From contig KE560919.1 in the NCBI GenBank assembly GCA_000442015.1, positions 1 to 33,295 of the forward strand: a stretch of 33,295 bases of DNA, written 5' to 3'. The notes below the pieces were generated by a model, which saw only the letters and a list, made by a program, of their open reading frames with translations, did no database searches and was not told the DNA's origin. How positions within the stretch are numbered: the stretch's first letter is position 1; each line of letters begins with the position of its first letter. A program made the position numbers and the translations under genes. Of this stretch, positions 30,436 through 33,295 are shown one piece after another. The stretch comes from Rozella allomycis CSF55 (lineage: Eukaryota).

Positions 30436-33295
30436 AGCTGTAATGTGGCTAAGCCAATGAAATGAAATCTGCGGTACTCCAAGCTGAGTTGCCCCTATAA
30501 ATAGTATCAACGTGACATTATTTTTCAGCTTCTCCGTTAAAACAAAGCCATATATTTAGTCTCAGTATTAATAAGAAACAATGACAGTCATAGATACCTT
30601 AACAAAAGTTCACCAGTGACCTTGTCTTTAACAGTACAGAACCCTTCATTAAACAATACACAATTCATTTGAAAAAAATTGATTTATGATTGACTTATGG
30701 AACATAGAGACCATTAGATAAGAGAAAGCTTCACTGTGCCATCGCGAAATAGCACCTCGAGTGTGACAGACCCTGAACCTGGAGTTTCAGTTTTGATTAG
30801 CATGCTCTTGTCAATAAAGTTATTTATATTGTGGCTCATATGATGAGTTCATCATGTGTCAAATAGCAAAGTGTTACCCGATAATAATGCATGGTTAGCT
30901 TCTAAATTTACAACGTGGTCTACGGTTGCTGTTGTGTGTTGTAATAGTAAATTGTTGGCGGTTACATGAAGGCAGCTTAAGAAGAATATGATGGAGTTTA
31001 ATGGTGCTTCAACATTGTGAACAATTTTCGATTCAGGTTAGCAATGTTTGCCGCGTGTATTTGCGGGTTATCGAAATGTATACGAGGTGGTCGGGCACCT
31101 CGTGGTTTTCTTGTTAAAGGGGAATGTGGACAGTTCTGGAAAGTGTGACCAGCAGTGCGACAATTGCTGCAAAACAGATATTGAGGTTTTCCAAAGTGGA
31201 CGAAGACCGCAGATATGTGATGCGTGCTTTGTCAGGGGTCAGATATAACAGCAGCCTGGTGGCAATGCGGGAAAAAGATTATAATCTTTGTCTAAAAGTA
31301 ATAGAATGGATGGATGGATAGATAAAATAATAATATGAAAGTGAATCAGAGAGATGAGATAGAAACCGATTAGAAGCTGACTGACCTTATAAAAGGACTT
31401 TTGGTGAAAGTATATGAAGCTTTAAACTAGTTAACAGAATGTGATCCGGCGATAGCCGGAACTTGCCAGGATTTATGTAATGTTTTCGTGCTTTTATAAG
31501 GATCAGTTTNTGTAATGTTTGCGTGCTTTTATAAGGATCAGTTTCTATGGTAACAGGAGCGATTTCCTCTGTACGCTTCCATAATGTTCCTTACGTAATG
31601 AGTATCGCAGATTAAACACAATTAAATATATTTCATGTTAACAGAAAGCATTGCGTGATAGATGTCGTGACCTTTAGAGCAGTCTCCTTCCAGGGCGTCA
31701 TTGTTAAGTAATTGAAGGTGTTCATTTAAGGCTGATTGTGTTGATGGTTGATTTTGAAGAAGTGACACACCTGGGTTTTGGTATTGGTCTTAGGGGCTAG
31801 TAGAGGCTTTCTGAATAATTGAGGCATCATGAACTCTGTAACAACCGCGTCTTTGAAACGTCAATAACAGCGCTATACGTTTCTAGAGAAGACCATGTAA
31901 AGTTTCATGTTCTTTAAAAGTTGATTGCGTCCAAGTTGAATGTTGGCGTCATACCAATAGCTGAAAATGCCGTTTGTTTCTACCTTGAACACTGGTATTG
32001 TCGATTGGGCCGTTTATTTATCCACTCATACTGTTGGGACTTGATGGATGACTACACAAAGAACTTTTGAATGATGCTAAATCAGCTGATCTTAGTGAAT
32101 TAGATTTGAACTATGGCATCGTTGTGGACGTCAAGAGTATTCACTTTTGCATTTGAGAGTTTTGACAAACTCCTATTCTAAGAAGAAATAATATCATATA
32201 CAAATTGCGCCTGTTTGCAACAACTAGCGGACTAAAACTTCCTCATAAAATATAAATATCAATATAATAATATGCCTGGAAAGCTTAAAATCTAAATTTT
32301 TGACTCGCTTTATATTGAATACCATGTCAGGGGGTGTTCAGACACTCCGGGAGTGTAAAGATTTAGCAAGCAGCCTCTGGACCTCACAAGGTTCGAATTC
32401 ACAAAAGATTTTGCTTTGCGTGCGCTCATTCATCAAACAATGCAAAGCGTTACGTGCATCGCCAACTCTGGACATTGATCACCTTACAGCCATGATTTCG
32501 CTCAGTCAACCACATTCATGTCATTCGGGAACCGGAAGCCGACTCGTTGAATGTAGTAAAGATGAAAATCCATAAAATCAATATCATAAACGATCGTAGT
32601 TTCCGGGAAGGCCAAAAACATGAACATTAGCATCGAAGCCCCATGAAAAATTGTTGTCAAGGTTTTATGATTGGACTCCAAATGCAGGTGCCACAGATTA
32701 TCTTACCTTCAACACAGAAGACGTCAATACTTACGAACGTTTACCGACATCTATCACAGTCGCCAATGGTCAGTTTGCATTGTGAAAATCTGTTTTGATA
32801 ATGAAATATCCACGGTTATGTTCAATGAAATGTCCCGAATGCTAATCTTTGCCTCATTTCTATTAGTCGTCTTTGCATCAATCAACTATCAGTCCTTTTC
32901 TTTAATAATTGTTGCTATGTAATTAAGCCGAATACGCCTGTTGTGCCAAAAAAGCATGATTGAACTTTGTACATGTCAGAAGTTAACTTTTGTTATAACG
33001 GCGCTTTTAGAATTCGAACACGATTTTTCAACCCTATGACCGCTTCTACCTACCACTATTCGTGTTTTTGAATGGTAGTCGTTACAACGGCGAAGCTCCC
33101 ATAACATCAAGTCTCTAAAAGGAAACAGCGTAATCATATTAATACAATTTCTGTGAGCATATAACTAGCGTCTGCTACATCGAAAGTGTCGCTCCATGCG
33201 CTTATAGTATCTTAGTCCTCATAAATTGGATAGTAAATCGTAAAATAAAAGAGTTAAACTGAAGTCGATTGAGAATGGATTATCCTCCGTTCTAT

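Noticed and set aside
31082-31103. Hairpin ACGAGGTG-N6-CACCTCGT, and short palindromes near 30839 and 32342
   Set aside because: Short stems expected by chance, with no terminator, transposon-end or ncRNA context.
32300-32922. ORFs 32300-32575 and 32671-32922
   Set aside because: No recognisable domain or supportable exon structure.
1-33295. CRISPR array, prophage, transposase or other prokaryotic defence system
   Set aside because: The sequence is eukaryotic; the repeats present are coding tandem repeats or N-flanked duplications, with no repeat-spacer structure or mobile-element genes.

Overview
Gene-dense, AT-rich eukaryotic nuclear DNA with about 19 protein-coding genes and one tRNA-Lys(UUU) in the first ~30.4 kb, followed by ~2.8 kb with no recognisable gene. 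The ORF track is fragmented because most genes carry tiny spliceosomal introns (about 60 reconstructed by hand, 26-31 nt). Fungal-type genes (chitin deacetylase, SPX-SLC13 phosphate transporter, TAO3) occur together with centriole/cilium-associated genes (SSX2IP-like, CCDC92/74-like, TEX47/DYBLUP-like). This points to a compact-genome, flagellated early-diverging fungus or fungal relative, e.g. Rozella-like (inference only). Gene order: FG-nucleoporin (Nup58/Nup49-like, 5'-truncated), SSX2IP-like, tRNA-Lys, cystinosin, CCDC92/74-like, PHO87/91-like, mitochondrial uS11, chitin deacetylase, SPC1, MAP1, TOF1/Timeless, PER1, SKI8/WDR61, UMP1, oligopeptidase B, ALG3, small secreted orphan, TEX47/DYBLUP-like, FRA10AC1, TAO3/Furry. 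Most notable: (1) a length-defined mini-intron system with GAG/AAG acceptors, often no pyrimidine tract, and two candidate non-AG acceptors (GT-CG in FRA10AC1, GT-TG in the CCDC gene); (2) a palindromic AAATTT element 4-9 nt before several start codons, including one shared by divergent genes whose ATGs are 20 bp apart; (3) a BLUF-like dynein-associated photoreceptor homologue hidden by five introns; (4) N-flanked duplications that look like assembled alleles. All family assignments come from motif recognition, not database searches.
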